Assembly (NCBI GenBank): GCA_016748015.1 | Contig: JAAOMT010000557.1 | Location: 62,001 to 126,000, forward strand | Source: Geosiphon pyriformis uo1 | Lineage: Eukaryota; Fungi; Glomeromycota | DNA: 64,000 nt | Reading direction: 5' to 3' | Shown: positions 12,694-28,827 of the stretch, piece by piece | Layout of the letters: each line of letters begins with the position of its first letter | Numbering within the stretch: the first letter of the stretch is position 1 | Notes under the pieces: model-generated | Databases searched by the model: none | What the model was told of the DNA's origin: nothing | The model's input: only the letters and a program-made list of their open reading frames with translations | Made by a program: the position numbers and the translations under genes

Positions 12694-14968
12694 ATGGTAA
12701 ACCAGGTTTCTTTTCCTGGTGACCCCGCCAAAAAGAGAAGGCGGAGCAGAATGAACAGAACCAACCAAAGTCTCTTTGGAGGGCGACACGCTTTGTCCTG
12801 CTTCACCTTATTTTTTTGCTTGTCACTTGTCTACTTCATCGTTTACATCTCTCAGGACGGTGACTCCTTCCTAGATCGAGCCTGGTCTGAATTGGACAAC
12901 TTGGAGCTGATCTTTGATGGAGTAAATAAACCAACTTTAGTTTCTGAATGGAATTGTACCGATACAACCATCGATGGGCTATTAAATCTCAGCTCAAATG
13001 AAAGAGTTCGTATTTGTGAATTCAAAAATTTTTGCGTTGATCGTGATCGAGGTAGGTGACCTTTGGGATTCGTTTTTATTTTTATTGATTTTCTAATTTA
13101 GTCACTTTTTATGTCATAATTTAGGCGCATTTCTTGTGCAAAACAGTTCTAAGCCCCGACCACCAGTTGTAAATCTTATCGCTTCAGGGAAGGAAGCTGA
13201 TAGAAAATGGTCACCGCATATATTTGCCCAATTTCCCTCAAGACGTTATTCTTTCATTGACGAAAAAGTTTTTGTTTATGGACTATTCAGCCCCTACGAT
13301 TTTGGTCATTGGATGTTTAATGGATTGCTACCTCTATGGAGGTCAGTCCTGTTATAACAAGCTATCCTTTCTCCGTGATTCTTTGAAATCAATTTATTTT
13401 TAATATTTTGCCACGCTTCTAATAGCGTTATGAGAAGTTACAATGCCACCGCAGATTCATGGCTATTTCGGGCCGATGTTTTCGATGGTATTCAGGCACC
13501 TTCTAGATTTGACATGAGTTATCTGTCCTCTAAAGGTCGAGATATAGTTTTAGATCCTCTCTATAAGACTACCGCTTTCCAAATTCTAGCCCCAGGAGGG
13601 ACTGTTCCTGTTTGTTTCACCCGAGCTGTTGTTGGTCTCGGTAATCGTTGCTCTCACAAATCTTGTGATGCCAATATTGCCGGCGATGATGGTTACACTT
13701 TGAAAAAACATATTTTTGAGCACTATAAAGTTGATATCGAGTCTCTTGCGAATGTAACTGCTGAACGGGAAAAGCAAGAGGAGGAACGACCAAGTTCCAA
13801 TACTATAACTGAAAACGAAGATATTGTCAAACCTACATTAAATTCATCTCTCCGAATTTCAATACCAAAGGATTTTAAGATTGGGCTCATCGAACGTAAT
13901 GATGTTCAACAAATTGTGAATTTTGACGAGCTTTACAATGCCTTAGAAAATCGCGGTTATAGGCCCCATATCATAACACATAGCTCAGATAAAAACGATG
14001 AATTTATTGGTTCTGCTTTTTTATTTCGTAACTTAACATTGCTTATTGGCTCTCATGGAAATGCTTTGAGTAATGCACTTTTTATGCCTCAATCATCAAC
14101 TATCCTCTCAATCTCACCCCGATTCGGCAACGACGGACAAGAAGCATGGTTCGCGGGACCTATGTTGTCATTGGGTAGAAGATTTTATGATTGGGAATGC
14201 CTAGATGAGAGTTGCGTTGAAACTGATCGGGCGCTTGCACGTCAATGTATAGAGAAAGCTAAATTAGAACATGTAATTATTGCTCAAGAATTCGAAGAAT
14301 TTGTGAAACTAGAACACGATGTAGCACATTTTACCCGTAATTTAAAAGATATTACCAAAGTGCAATCTATCATTGCTGCTTGGTGGTGTTACGTTCGGGA
14401 TGTACCACGAAAAGCTGACATTAACCTTTTGGTGTCCATGGTTGATCGAATTCTTCAAGATTATATTGATTGGTCACCGAAAATAACACTATCAGCACCA
14501 GCTACGAATAATACCAGCTCATTACCCGTAGCTTCAGAAACAACGCTACAAGAGGTCACAGAAGCAAAACCTGAAACGAAGCCTACCGAGACTTTAATAC
14601 TTTCTTCCCACATTCCCTTACAAGATCCTATAACACTCGAAGATATAGATTTCACAGGAATCAAAGAATTAAATTCAACCAATAAACTAGAATCACAAAC
14701 AATATCAGAAGAGGTAGTAGAGAAATTAATGGCCACAAAAATCACTTCACCCACTACAGCTACGTCTATAAGTTTATCCCCGACAATATCGAGCCCTTCA
14801 TTCCCAGAAATTTGCCGACAAGCAAAATGTTGTGGGCCAAAATGTGAGCTCTCAATGAAGAGGAATGTTTTTGGACTCAATAATGCTTGGAAACAAAATG
14901 TTGAGCCAGGGCTTGAAGCCCGTTTCAGAGCTCGAAATTGGAAGTTAGCAGAGTTCTCAAGACGATGA
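12694..14968 (+). CDS. Type II membrane glycosyltransferase family 61 (DUF563)-like protein, 3 exons
   Basis: N-terminal TM helix; RICEFKNFC, FGHWMFNGLLPLW, VCFTRAVVGLG, GLIERND.QQIVNFDEL and LLIGSHGNALSNALFMP (GT61 xHGAxLxNxxFM-type motif). Confidence 0.75.
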
Positions 14969-15454
14969 CTGCAATTTGGAAGAAAAAAAAGCTGGTAGCA
15001 TGGCGTTTTGACCACGCTTGTGCGTAATAGAGTAAATAAAGCTTGAATGGATGTTTAATAATTTAAAAACCTCAGTACTTAATAATTAAAAACATTTATT
15101 ATTCTTGTCTGCCTTCGGCAGACACTTCGCATGACCTGTTCAGTCTTCATGAATAATGATGTCTTGTAAAAACACGAATTGGATATTTTTCATTAATTTA
15201 TATTCATCGAAAATTTCACATTTTGGATTAGCAACAACCGATCCAATTGAATTTTCTTTTTTCTAATCTATTTAAAGTTCCGCTTCATCTAATGATTTGC
15301 CTGTTATCATAAAAATATCACCGATGCCATCAGAGCCGAAAAGTATGACGATTATGGTATCATCAATTATTGAATGCCCTAACTGTGCTTCGAGATCCGA
15401 ATGCAAATTCAGGAAAATTTCAAGCGCGTTAACCCATTTTGGATGATTTCTGCT

Positions 15455-17178
<1,724 letters not shown>

Positions 17179-17410
17179 ATTTCTTGGAAGTTTCGTGCGA
17201 CTATTTCTTTTTTAAATAATTTTGTTGTCGATCCCAATTTTTTGATTGGATTTAAGTTATTTTGTCGATCACCTTCTTGTTAATTATAATAAATGCGCAT
17301 TTTTAGAATTAAATGCTATAGATGTGACAATTTTAATTTATAATCAGCATTAACAGCATATCAATAAAAATATCAATCCAAAAGTTTTTGTTTTATTTTT
17401 AAAATATTAA

Positions 17411-18465
17411 TTTTTTTTTATTGCTTTACGAGTGCAGCCCAACTACTATCTAAGAATATAAAATTAAACAAGACTCTAAATTAAGTATAGTTTATGCTTT
17501 TTCTACACGTGACTAGCCATTCAGGCCAATTAAGATAACACTAAACATCTAAATCACTTACCAATAAGACATCTTTCAAAAAACCAAAATTCAATCTAAA
17601 CAAACAGAAGTGTAATTTAAAGCAAATATGGATACTTAACCAAACACCAAAACTGCAAAATAATTCAAAAAACTACAAAGACATCAAACCAGAAACCAAA
17701 AGAATATCAGATTTATTATATAATAGAAGATTATGCTTTTCATAATAAGATTTTAACTTAGTGACTAGTAACCAAATTGCAGATCTATAACTTTTAGTAA
17801 GACTATGAACCAGTTTAATAACTAATCTGTCATCATCAAATCTAGTACTTAAATAGTGTATTGTATTAGTCATTCAGCTTTTCAATATAAAGTCTTTAAC
17901 CAGCAATATATATAAATCAACAAAAGATTTGGCCTTACTTATAAACTAAACAACCATATTTTTTTCAACAACAGTACCTAATAGCTCATTTTATTCCAAA
18001 ATAATATCTGATAATAATTTTTTTTTGTATTATTATTTTGTATGCACAAAAATAAATGATTAAAGTTCTTCACTAATCTATATTGAATATAAGCCATATT
18101 TAGATATTTCAAATTATATAATTTCTTTTTTTTAGTTACAAACAAGCAATAATACAGTGCTTTTATAAAATAAAACTGAAATGTTACAATCAATAAGCTA
18201 GTGTAGCCAGAATAGATCTTATTATCAAAGTACTAAACACTAAAAGTCTTAATTATATCAAAACTGATATTAATGTTTATGTTTACAATATTATTAGCAT
18301 ACTTAAATTTCCAACCAATAAATTCAACTGCATTAAACAAACTTTTAACAAAGTAATGAGCATTTTTAGAAACAAGTCTGTTTTTAATACTAAAGAAATA
18401 ACATAAAATCTAAAAGAACAAAATAATTTTAGAATTAACTGTAATATTAGCATAAAAATTAGAGT
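17411..18465 (-). mobile_element. Decayed LINE 3' fragment (poly-A tail, 3' UTR, C-terminal part of ORF2)
   Basis: 17430-17545 aligns with the 3' UTR of the LINE at 27845-27957 (gagtgcagcc.aactactatcta ... gtgactagcca.tcaggccaatt); T-run at 17411-17419; decayed VSGNARHFV-like motif near 18350-18380. Confidence 0.8.
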
Positions 18466-19482
18466 TGTTATAAGTAAATTTGATAAGATATTATGATAAT
18501 ATTTAATGCTTTATATTTGAATTAAAAAAAGCTTGAAAATTTCTATTCTGAATATTTAAAGTAAGTTATTAATATCAATCTTTAAAGATTTTTTATTTGT
18601 TTTACTTGTAAAATTCTTTGGTTATAAGACACAGAAAAATGTTTAATTGTTCATGACTTAAATATGTGAACTATCTTTTCTAAATTAGTTGAACACAATT
18701 GCTAAGGTTTGATAATGTCTTTTTACTTTTTTGGTAAACTAATAAGATAATATTAATATATAATCTTAGAAGAAACTTTCCTCTTTTATCAAACTATTAC
18801 AAAGTCTATTTCCAAACAGTTAATTTTACAATATTGTTACTCTATTAGAGAATAAAAAAAATAAAAAAAAATAAAAAAATAAAAAAAATAAAAAAAAATA
18901 AAAATAAAAAAAATTAGTATTGTCAATTACTATAATTAAGAATAATTGATCTAAATTATTATTGTTTAAGACATTTTATGCTAAAAACATCTGGCCAAAA
19001 ACAAAAAATAAGAAAACAATTAATTTTACTTTAAATACAGAATTTATAGATCATATATAAATGAATTTGAAGTTTTGAATATTTTTTTTATTTGAAATAA
19101 TATAAATATATAAGTAAAATAAATCTTATAAATATGGATAAAAAGATATATTTTTTATCTTTTTTTTTGTCTAATTGTCTTTTTTTTACTGTTAAAACTA
19201 TTTATTTTTATACATATTTCTAGTTTTAAAAGATTGTTTTTGATTGTTTGTTATTATTAGCTATTGCTTGCTATTTCTGTTGTTGCTTTATTCTTTTATA
19301 CTATAATTAATTATCTTATATTATGGCTAATTATTTCATGTTATTGTGTATTATTTTATATTATTTTGAGCTATAATATGTTATTTTGTATTATTTTGCA
19401 TTATTACATTTTTCTAAGTTATCATATTTTTAATTATGTTTTTTTCAATATTTTTTGAATTGGTTTTTTTACTTAGATAACA
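18466..19482 (-). mobile_element. 3' LTR of a decayed Gypsy element (LTR family B)
   Basis: Reverse-complement similarity to the solo LTR 25690-26733; TG...CA ends; adjoined by a polypurine tract (ttatctcttcctttt on + at 19483-19497). Confidence 0.7.
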
Positions 19483-22400
19483 TTATCTCTTCCTTTTAAA
19501 ATTGAGTTTTTGTGAAATTATATGTATTTGTAAAAATTGTTACTTTAATATAATGTTTAATTGTTGTGTTGAGTATTGCTTTTTGTAGATCTTTAAATTG
19601 TGAGTTTGTTATTTGTCTTATGTTGTTAACTATAATAGTTTTTAGTACACTATTTAGCAGTATGGCTGAATAGTATTTAAAAACTGCATACAATTGGTAG
19701 GTTGCTTTGTAGTATAATATTAAGTTGCTTTTTCCTATAAATTTTTCTACTTGTTTAAGAGCTTTTTTGTTAAAAGTTTATTTGTTGAGATTATTGTATA
19801 ATGTCTTTAATCTTAGTTGTTTACTAATTCTGAAGAACTAGTAAACTAGTAAAAGTTTTTTTTTTTACTTTTTAATATTTTCTGGTGTTTATTTTCGTGT
19901 TACTGGTTTCAAGTTTAATTTGCTTAAAGCCTCTTTAATTTTATTAAGCTTTGTTCAACATGTATCTTTTTTTTTTCTTAATTATTTATAGAAATAGAAA
20001 TGTTCAATTCTAATTAAACTTTTATTCACTCTTTTTTTGCATAAATTTCTGTATTATATATCTTTTTTATTAATTGTAATTTTTATTAATATTGTGAATT
20101 GTTGAATTGTTTTAAATAGTTGTTTTAAAAGTCTTAGAATTTAATTTGAAAAATTTATGTTAAAAGTTTTATTGACTTTTTTCTGTTGTTTTGGCTTTTA
20201 TATATACTTAAATTTTTTAATTTAAATTATTGTATATTAACTATATTTCAATAACAATAATTGGTTTCAGATCTTGTAATATATTTTTTGGTCTAATTAA
20301 TAGAAATTGTGTTTTTAATTAAGATACAAATAACAATAACTTTTGTTTAATATGATAAATTTTTAGACAATTTTTGTGTACTTTTTTTGAAATTTTTTTC
20401 TTCAATTGTAATTTGTAAGCTTTATTGTCTAAAACTTTGTATATGTAAAATAGTTTGTCCTATTTTGGATTAAACTTTTTATTATATTGTTTCTCAGTTT
20501 TAGTATAATGTAACAATACTTTGTCTTTAATTTTGAATTCAATTGATTGGTTAGATAAGTAATTGTTATGTTTTTTTTTCTGAGCATTATTAATATTGTT
20601 AGCTGTTGTTTTATAATTGTATTTTAATGTTTTTATAAGCTAGTATATTCTTTGGTATAAGGTAGCTTATAAATTTTTTTTAGTAATTGTTTTTGTTAGA
20701 AAAAAAAGTATTTTTTGTTTAATAAATAGAGTGGTTTTTTTTTGTAAACTAATTTAAATGGTGTAAACTGAGTAGTATTTTGTTTTAGTATTTAATATGT
20801 AAATAATACAAAAAATATAAATAAATTTTATTCTTGTGTATTTTTATAACTTATTTTTGCTAATACTTTACAAAATATCTGGTTAAATATTTTTACCAAT
20901 CTATTCATTTATAGGTAATATAGTAATAATAATAGTTACTTTATTTCAAATCTTTGGTTTAGTTCAACTAATATACTATTAATAAAATAAGTTTTTTGGT
21001 TAGATAATAATTTTTTCAGGCATTTATGTTGACAAATTAGATCTTAATACACAAATTTGGCTATTGTTTTAGTGTTGACCACTAAAATAGCTCTGGTTTC
21101 GAGCTATTTAATAAAGTAGTCTATAGTTACAATAATATAACAATTTTTTTTAGATGTAATTAAGAGAGAACCAATTAAATTAATCCTAATTCTATCAAAT
21201 AAATTTTTAATTATAATAAGTTAAAATAGTTTTGTGGTTTTGGCTCCTTTTTTTTATTGACATAAATTATAGTTAATAATATACTTAAAGATATTTTTAT
21301 ATATTATTGACCAATAATATAGATTTATTGTTCTTTCTAAAGTGGTATCTTTGTTAAAATGTTTTGTAATTAAATTAGAGTATATGGTATACAAAACAGT
21401 TTTTTTTATAATTCATTGTGGATTAGTGCAGTTTTAGTGCTTTTAACAATATAGTTGGTTGTTTTAAATAAAGTAATTGCAAGCTTGTTTCTGTATAATA
21501 TTTTGTTTCTGTTAAGATAATTTCTCTTTAAACTGCAGTGTTAATAAATACTGATATAATTGCTAATAGATAATTGTATTTATAAGTTTGAAGTCAGATC
21601 TGTATTATTCTTAACAAACTGTTAATGTTAATGTTCTTGGCTCTTTTTTTATAATATACTTTTTATAAGAATTGCTGCAGATAAGTACTTTATTGTACAT
21701 ATTTTCTTTTTAGTTGTAACTTGTTAAGTAACCAAATAGGTTTTTTATAATCTATATATAAGTCAAATGTTGGCAAAAATAGTGTCTTCAATTTTGTACT
21801 GCTTAGTAAATAGTAAGACATTTTAAATCTGTTATATTATATATATTCTCTATTGTGCTAATATTATAACTGGTGTAAACAATTAAGTATTCTCAATTGT
21901 CTAGTCTAATTTGTAATAGAATGGCTTCTAATATATTTTTCGAAACATTTGTAGTAACAATAAAGCATTTATTAAAGTCTAAATAAATCAATATTGGTAC
22001 TTTTATTAGGTGTTGTTTGAGATAATTGAAAGTTTTTGTTGTTTTTTTTTTTATAGGTACAGAACATATTTCAACAGCAGATAATAGAATGGTTTTGTAA
22101 TATTCAAGAAACTTTTGACAATTCTATAATAGTATTTAGCCAATTCTAAGAATTTTTTTAGTTTTTGTAGCTTGGTTGGGACTGAAAAGGCTTTGATTTT
22201 TCTTATCTTGTTTGGATCTGGTTTTATTTTATTTTATTCTATATTCTAAGAATTTTAGTTCAGTCTTTTCAAAGAAGTATTTATTCAGATTAAGTTTTAG
22301 TTTGGCACTTTATAGGTAATCAAAAACTTGTTAAAAGTAAAACAGATAGTTATTGAACATTTTCAAAAATATATTGATATTGTTTAAGTATACTATCACT

Positions 22401-23450
22401 GATTTTCAGAGAATTTTTTTATACATAACATTTATAAAATGTTAGAAAATAGCTGAGGCATTGCAAAGTTCAAAAAACATTATATTAAATTCAAAGTTTT
22501 TATCTTGTGTAGTAAATGCTGTTTTTTTTTGTCTTTAGGATCTATTTTAACTTGTCAATATCCATTGGTTAGGTCTAAGGAGAAGAATTATTTCTTATTT
22601 TCTAGGTTATTCAAGATTTTTTGAATGAAGGAGGTTAGATAGCTATCTTTTCAAGTAATACTATTGAGCTTTTAGTAATTTATACAAAATCATATTTTTT
22701 CATTTTTTTTGGTGACCAATACTATTGAAGAAAACCAAAGGCTTAACAATTTTTTGATCAACTTATTATCTAATATTCTTTGTACTTTTTGTTTAATTAG
22801 GTTGTTATCTGCTAAAATTACTTAGTAAATCTGTTATTTAATAAGTCTAATATCTTCTGTATTAATCTGGTATTTTATAATATTAATACATCTAAATTCA
22901 TTTTTGCTGGCAAAAATATTGGCATATTGATTTAAGAGAATTTTAAGTTGTATTTGTTGTAATGTACTTAAGTTTTCTAAGTTTAATTTGATAATCTCTT
23001 TTAGTGTAAACAGATAGCTTTCTGTTAACAGGTTTTATACTTGTAAGATAATGTTACAAAATAAAAATAATTGAATAAAGTTTGGAATAAACTGGAGTTT
23101 CTTAGAATTCTGAATGTTTAAGAAAATAAAGCCAACAAGAGTCTTTTCAGAAATCTCAATAACCTTTTCCATGAGATTATAAATAGAAATTTTGAAGTAT
23201 TTGTGGGTTTTGGCAAATATATAAGTTGGTAATATTAGTTAGAAAACAGATTTTTGGGTTAGCTTTAAATAAAAGAACTTGATATTAAATTTTCTAATTC
23301 ACTTTTAGATTGTACTGTCAATACAAAGAAATAGAAATAACTATGTTAGTATAAATGAGTTCTATCTTGTTATTGTTATTGAAAGTTTTTGGTCTCTTTT
23401 TTTAAATGTTGTTAATGTCTGTTTGTTGTGAATTCACGTTTTCTGGAAGC
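19483..23450 (-). mobile_element. Heavily decayed Ty3/Gypsy internal region (RT, RNase H, integrase, 3' domain), 5'-truncated
   Basis: Minus-strand remnants: VIVYLNNI (YLDD, ~22380), NINSLLRIIQI* (RNase H end, ~21600), INLIG (GIDL, ~21180), NRLVKIFNQ (NGLVERFN, ~20900). The left boundary is fixed by the PPT; the right boundary is approximate. Confidence 0.75.
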
Positions 23451-24607
23451 TAATAAACCTTCAATAACTGAATTTATCTTTAAATTATCTCCTATAATTT
23501 AAACTACTGGGCTTATAAATAGAATAGCCAATTCTATACCAGTTATTTTGTATAATTACATTGTAATAAACATCAACTCTTTCCCAGGAATTGCTCATCT
23601 GAAATGGAAGCTTACTAAAATATATAGTTATTTTGCTGTTAAAGTTAACTTTTTTACAGAAATCTCGTCTGTAGACTATCCTAATAATTATAATCAGAAA
23701 ATAAAAATAAAAAAAATATAAAAGAAATAAAATCTTGTTAAGGGAATTGTTTTCTGGTCTAGGCCTGGAGTTATTAATAGATTACTGAAATTAGTAGCTA
23801 ATCAATTTCAAAAATGTTAATTGGGTTTTAGAGAATTATCAAGTATAATAATCAAAGATTGAGTTTTCAAATATTTATTTTTATTAATTTGTAAAGATAT
23901 GTAAAGAAATAATTGCTTCTAATTAAGATATCTAATAGAAGATAAATTTTCTTAAAGAGAAAAGCTTTTCTTTTATATAACTTGTTATAGTACTAGTCTT
24001 TGAACTTGCATTTTTTTCTTTGCTATAATTTTGGCAAACTAAAAATATATTTTGGCAAACTACAAATTATTTTTATAAACTATTGATTATTTCGGCCAAT
24101 TTTTACTAATTTCAGTAAATTTTAAATATTAAATGGTTCAAAGTATTATGTAATTTGATCATTTTAATTTTTATAGTACAAATTGAGTTATTAATTGAAT
24201 GATAATATTTGATAATTTAATTAATTAATAAGTAATAATTAAAATGATAATAATATATACTAATTAATATTAGGAATTAGAAGAGTAATTTTATGCTAAT
24301 TAATAGCTAAAATTTTATTGGTAACATTACTATCATTTTTTATGAAATTAACTGATATATTTTCACTTTCACTTGATCTGAACTCTTTAATTCTTTGAGC
24401 AATGAAGTCAAATTTCTTATGTATAATGACTGGAGTTAATTGTGGTATTTTTATAAGGAATAAAAAAATAGTTTAAATGATTTTTTCTTGTAATTTCATT
24501 ATATAAAGTTTATTGAAATTGTTCTGTAATATTATAATAATGTTTTCTATATATCCTAAATAATTTCTTTTTTTATGTTAATTTTTTTATTTGTGAAATT
24601 AGACTGG

Positions 24608-25356
24608 TATTACAGATAAATATTTGGGATGTTAAAACAAATAACAAACTTATAACTTTATGCTCAATAACTGTTGATAATAGTGGTTTCTAAAAATTTT
24701 GGTGTTTGAAAGTTTTGATTAAATCTTTTGTATAATAGACAGAAATTTAATTAATGGTTTCTTCTTTAAATTTTTTTTTCAACATAGTGGCCAGTTTATT
24801 TTGGCAGTTGTGTCTTTCTGGTAAGCTATTCTTAAATTTCTATTCTTGTTTCTAAATCTTTTACCAGACTATTTTTAATGTCAATTATTTAATGCTTAAT
24901 CTCTTTAATCAATTAGTAAACAACAAAGAAACGAAACAAAAAAATAAAAAATAAAAAATTAATATTCTGTTAATAGCTATAATTAAAAGCTATTGGTCGA
25001 ATATAATTAAATATTAGATTTTATCAACATAGAATATTAATAATGTGAAATAAATTAATATTTTTTTAATCAAGTAATGATAACATAAATTAGATAATAA
25101 TTAAATATTTTATTAATATTGCTGTAATTCCACTTCAAATTATAGAAAATATTTTTTAAAGAAAAAAATATTAGATAAATAGTTATTGTTAGTTATTATT
25201 CTGTTTAAGTCTAATAATTTTTCTGTTTTTAATATTTTCACTATATATACATAATTTATATTATATGAGATTTCTTGAAATTTCTCTTTTTTCTACACTT
25301 ATTTCTGATTAACTATTTTTATCTACTATTATAATTCCTAATTTTTATGAGTAATT
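24608..25356 (-). mobile_element. 3' LTR of the old Gypsy copy (LTR family A)
   Basis: Reverse complement aligns to the young LTRs; followed by a PPT (ttattttcttctttt, 25357-25371) matching the young element's aaaagaagggaataa. Confidence 0.8.
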
Positions 25357-25689
25357 TTATTTTCTTCTTTTAATATTGAGTTCTGTTGAGATTTTCTAAA
25401 TTTTTTTTTTGAATTAGTTTTATAACTTTTTTCTTGAGAATTGCTTTTGTAATTCTGGTCTGTAATTTGTTAAATTAGATATTGATTAATTTTCTCAGTT
25501 AATTAATAGTTATTGTATTCATTGCTAAGTATAGTAATATTTTTAGTCAATCTTAAAATCTTATTTGTAGTCAATAGATAATTCTTACATATGTAAATAA
25601 ATTGCCTTTCCTTACAACTTGTTTAATTTATTGTAATATAATTATATTAAACATTTTTTTGGTTTTATCTATATATAAGTTTTGAATGT

Positions 25690-26733
25690 TGTTACCCAAA
25701 TAGAAAAACCAATCCAAAGTTATGAAGAAAACATAACCAAAACATAACATAACACAGAATAGTGTGCAATAATGTTGGATAATATATTATAACTTAGGAT
25801 AATGCAGAATAATACATTATAACATAAGATAATACAAAATAATATGTAATAATACCAGATAGTGTATTATAATATAAGATAACTAGAAATAATGTAAAAG
25901 AATGAAGCAATAACAAAAATAGTGAAGCAATAACTAGCAATAATGAAAACAATTAAAAACAATCCTATAAAACCAAAAGAATATATAAAAATGAGTAATT
26001 GTAGAAGTTAGAAAAAAACACCTAGATATGACCCACTAAACAAAAATCAAATATTCTTATCCTTTTTATCATTTATTCTATTTTATTTTCATTTTTTAAA
26101 ATAAATCAATTATTGAGAAATCAGAATTACAAATTCATGTTTTCAAACTTTATAGACTTTATGTAAATTAATTATTGTTTTGTATTTTTATTTCAGAACA
26201 GATGCTCTTAGTATAATCATCTCAAACTATTAATGATTTGGATCAATTGCTCTTAATTACAGCAATTGATAATACTAATTTTTTTATTTTTATTTTATTT
26301 TTTTTTATTTTTTTTTATTTTTTCTCTATTTTTTTTTTTATTTTTTTGTGAAGTGACAACATAGTAAAATTGACTCTTTAAAAATAAACTTTATGATAGT
26401 CTGGTAAAAAAAAAAGGCTCCTTTTAAGTTTTGGATATTAATATTATCTTGTTAGCTTACTAGAAGAGTGAAAAAACAATGTCAGATTCTAATAACTGTG
26501 CTTATTAGTTCAGAAAAAATAGTTCACATTTATAAGAAGTTGTAATCAATGAAAACCAAATCTTTGTGCCTTATAACCAAAAAACTCAACAGGTAAAATT
26601 ACAACCAGTAAATAAGACTTTTAAAGACTGATAATCAAGACTAAGCCAACAGAATTACATAAAAGATATATCATTAATAATTGAGAACACCAAACATTAC
26701 TATTTCTCTATCCTACTAAGTTTATCTATAACA
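25690..26733 (+). mobile_element. Solo LTR (family B) with 4-bp TSD ATGT
   Basis: Begins TGTTACCC, ends CTATAACA; atgt at 25686-25689 and 26734-26737; removing it restores the host reading frame (..QKLNIQNLYIDKT..). Confidence 0.85.
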
Positions 26734-28827
26734 ATGTTCAGTTTTTGTTTTAACTAATAGTAACAAAAGTTATTGGAGAGTTGTTGTATCTATTGGTTCC
26801 AATTTTCTAGTATTGCTTCTTTATTTGTTATTACTATCTTTAGAATTTTTAATGTTTTTTTCACTTTTTCTATTATTTTGTCTACTAGATTTTCAGAAGT
26901 ATAATATCTAAGATATTATTCTTTTCTTTGGAATTTTTAATTTATTTTTTTGTTTTTATATTAAATTATTTGTTTGTTAATAATAACTTTTAGACTTAAT
27001 TTTTAATGTTGGATTAATTGTAATAGTTATTGTATAAGTGAGTGAATGTTATCAATAATTTCCATTTTTTTGTTTGCTTTTGTTATATGTATTGGTTTTT
27101 TATATACTGTTTTTATAGATTAATTTGACATGTTTGTGTTAATAATTATGATTGGTTCTAGATCTTATAGAATTTTATCTGGTTGAATTAGTATTTGTTG
27201 TATTTCCAATTGTAAAATATTATTGATAAATAATAATACTATATTGTGATATAATTTCAGTTAATTTTCATGTATTGCTTTAGTTAAAATTTTATTGTTT
27301 TATCTTAATTTATAAGCTCCATTTTCTAGAATTTCTTTAATGTAAAATGTTCTATCCTATTTAAAATTAAATTTTTTACTTTATTGTTTTTTTGCTTTGA
27401 TATAATATAAAAGTACTTTGTCTATAATTTTGAATTTAACTGGTTTATCTGGTAACTAGTTATTATGTTATTTTTTTGTTTGGCTTGTGATTTTATATGT
27501 TATTAACTGCTTTTCATCTTTTGTTTTCTAAAGTTTCTATTAAGTTGTATGTTCTTCTTAGCAATGTTTTTTAAAAATTAGTTTCTGTTATTGGTTCTAT
27601 TAAATATATATTGATATTTATCTCAATTAGTAATGTTGTTGTTTTATTATAGATTAGTTTAAATAATATTGTTTATATAATATCTTGTTTTATTGTTTAA
27701 TAAACAAATAATATTGATAGTATGAACAAATCTTATTTGTTCTGGTTTTTTTGGCTGATTTTGGTTATTATTTTACACAATGTTCTGTTGAATTTTTTAA
27801 TTAAGCCATTTGTTTATAGATAATTTTTTTTTTATTGTTTAATGAGTGCAGCCTAACTACTATCTAGTATACAGATGCAAGCTAAGTAAATCTAACTAAA
27901 TGTGGCTTATGCATTTGCTACATGTGACTAGCCACTCAGGCCAATTTAGACAACACTACACACCTATGTAAACTTTGACATTATCACAAATACCAGAAAA
28001 AAAAAAGCTAGTCTTATGCAAACCAAAACTGATGGCAAATGCCTCATCAATCCCAAAAAGACGAACAACTCCACCAAACAAATGTTTAATAGAATTAGCT
28101 GAAAGACCAATGGGAATTTTCGAAGCACAGACCAACTCACAACATTTCATGTCCACTCTAAACTTAGTTCTGGTCAATCACAAACCACACTGGTGTTTTT
28201 CTGCCAGACGTCAAACAAAATCAGCCACCACCAAAAAAGCTCGATTGCAATCCTTGAAATGCACTGTAGCTTCATCGACCCAATCTCTCAGTACAAAGCC
28301 TTTACACAGTCGCATATATGCCCCTGAATTATGATAACCAGCAAACAGAGTATGCAACATAGGAGAGAATACCAAAGAACATCCCACCAGCAATGATTTT
28401 CACAAAGCAATTCTGTCCAACAAAATATCAGTATGCGCAGCTGCCTTACTTCGACAAGTAAATACATGATCCGACAATTCAACATCACCACACATTAAAC
28501 AGAGAACCCCAGGATAACATTTATCATACAATCTTTTACAAACAGCAACTGGCAACTTCCTATGGACCACTTTCATTAAGTAGGTGTAGAGAACAGTTAA
28601 AGCTTGGCTTGTAAAGCCCGACAGTATGTGGGAGTCTGAATGCCAAACTGATGCCATATACTTCCAATTAACTCTCACAATCAACTCCTCATTGATCACC
28701 ACAGAGCCAGGGCCAGCCTCCCATTGAGCATGACAGATAGACCTATAAATATCCCAATGTTACTCATAGAAATATAGGAATTATATTAGCATAATTATTA
28801 GCCAATCAGAAATAAGCGTAGTAAATA

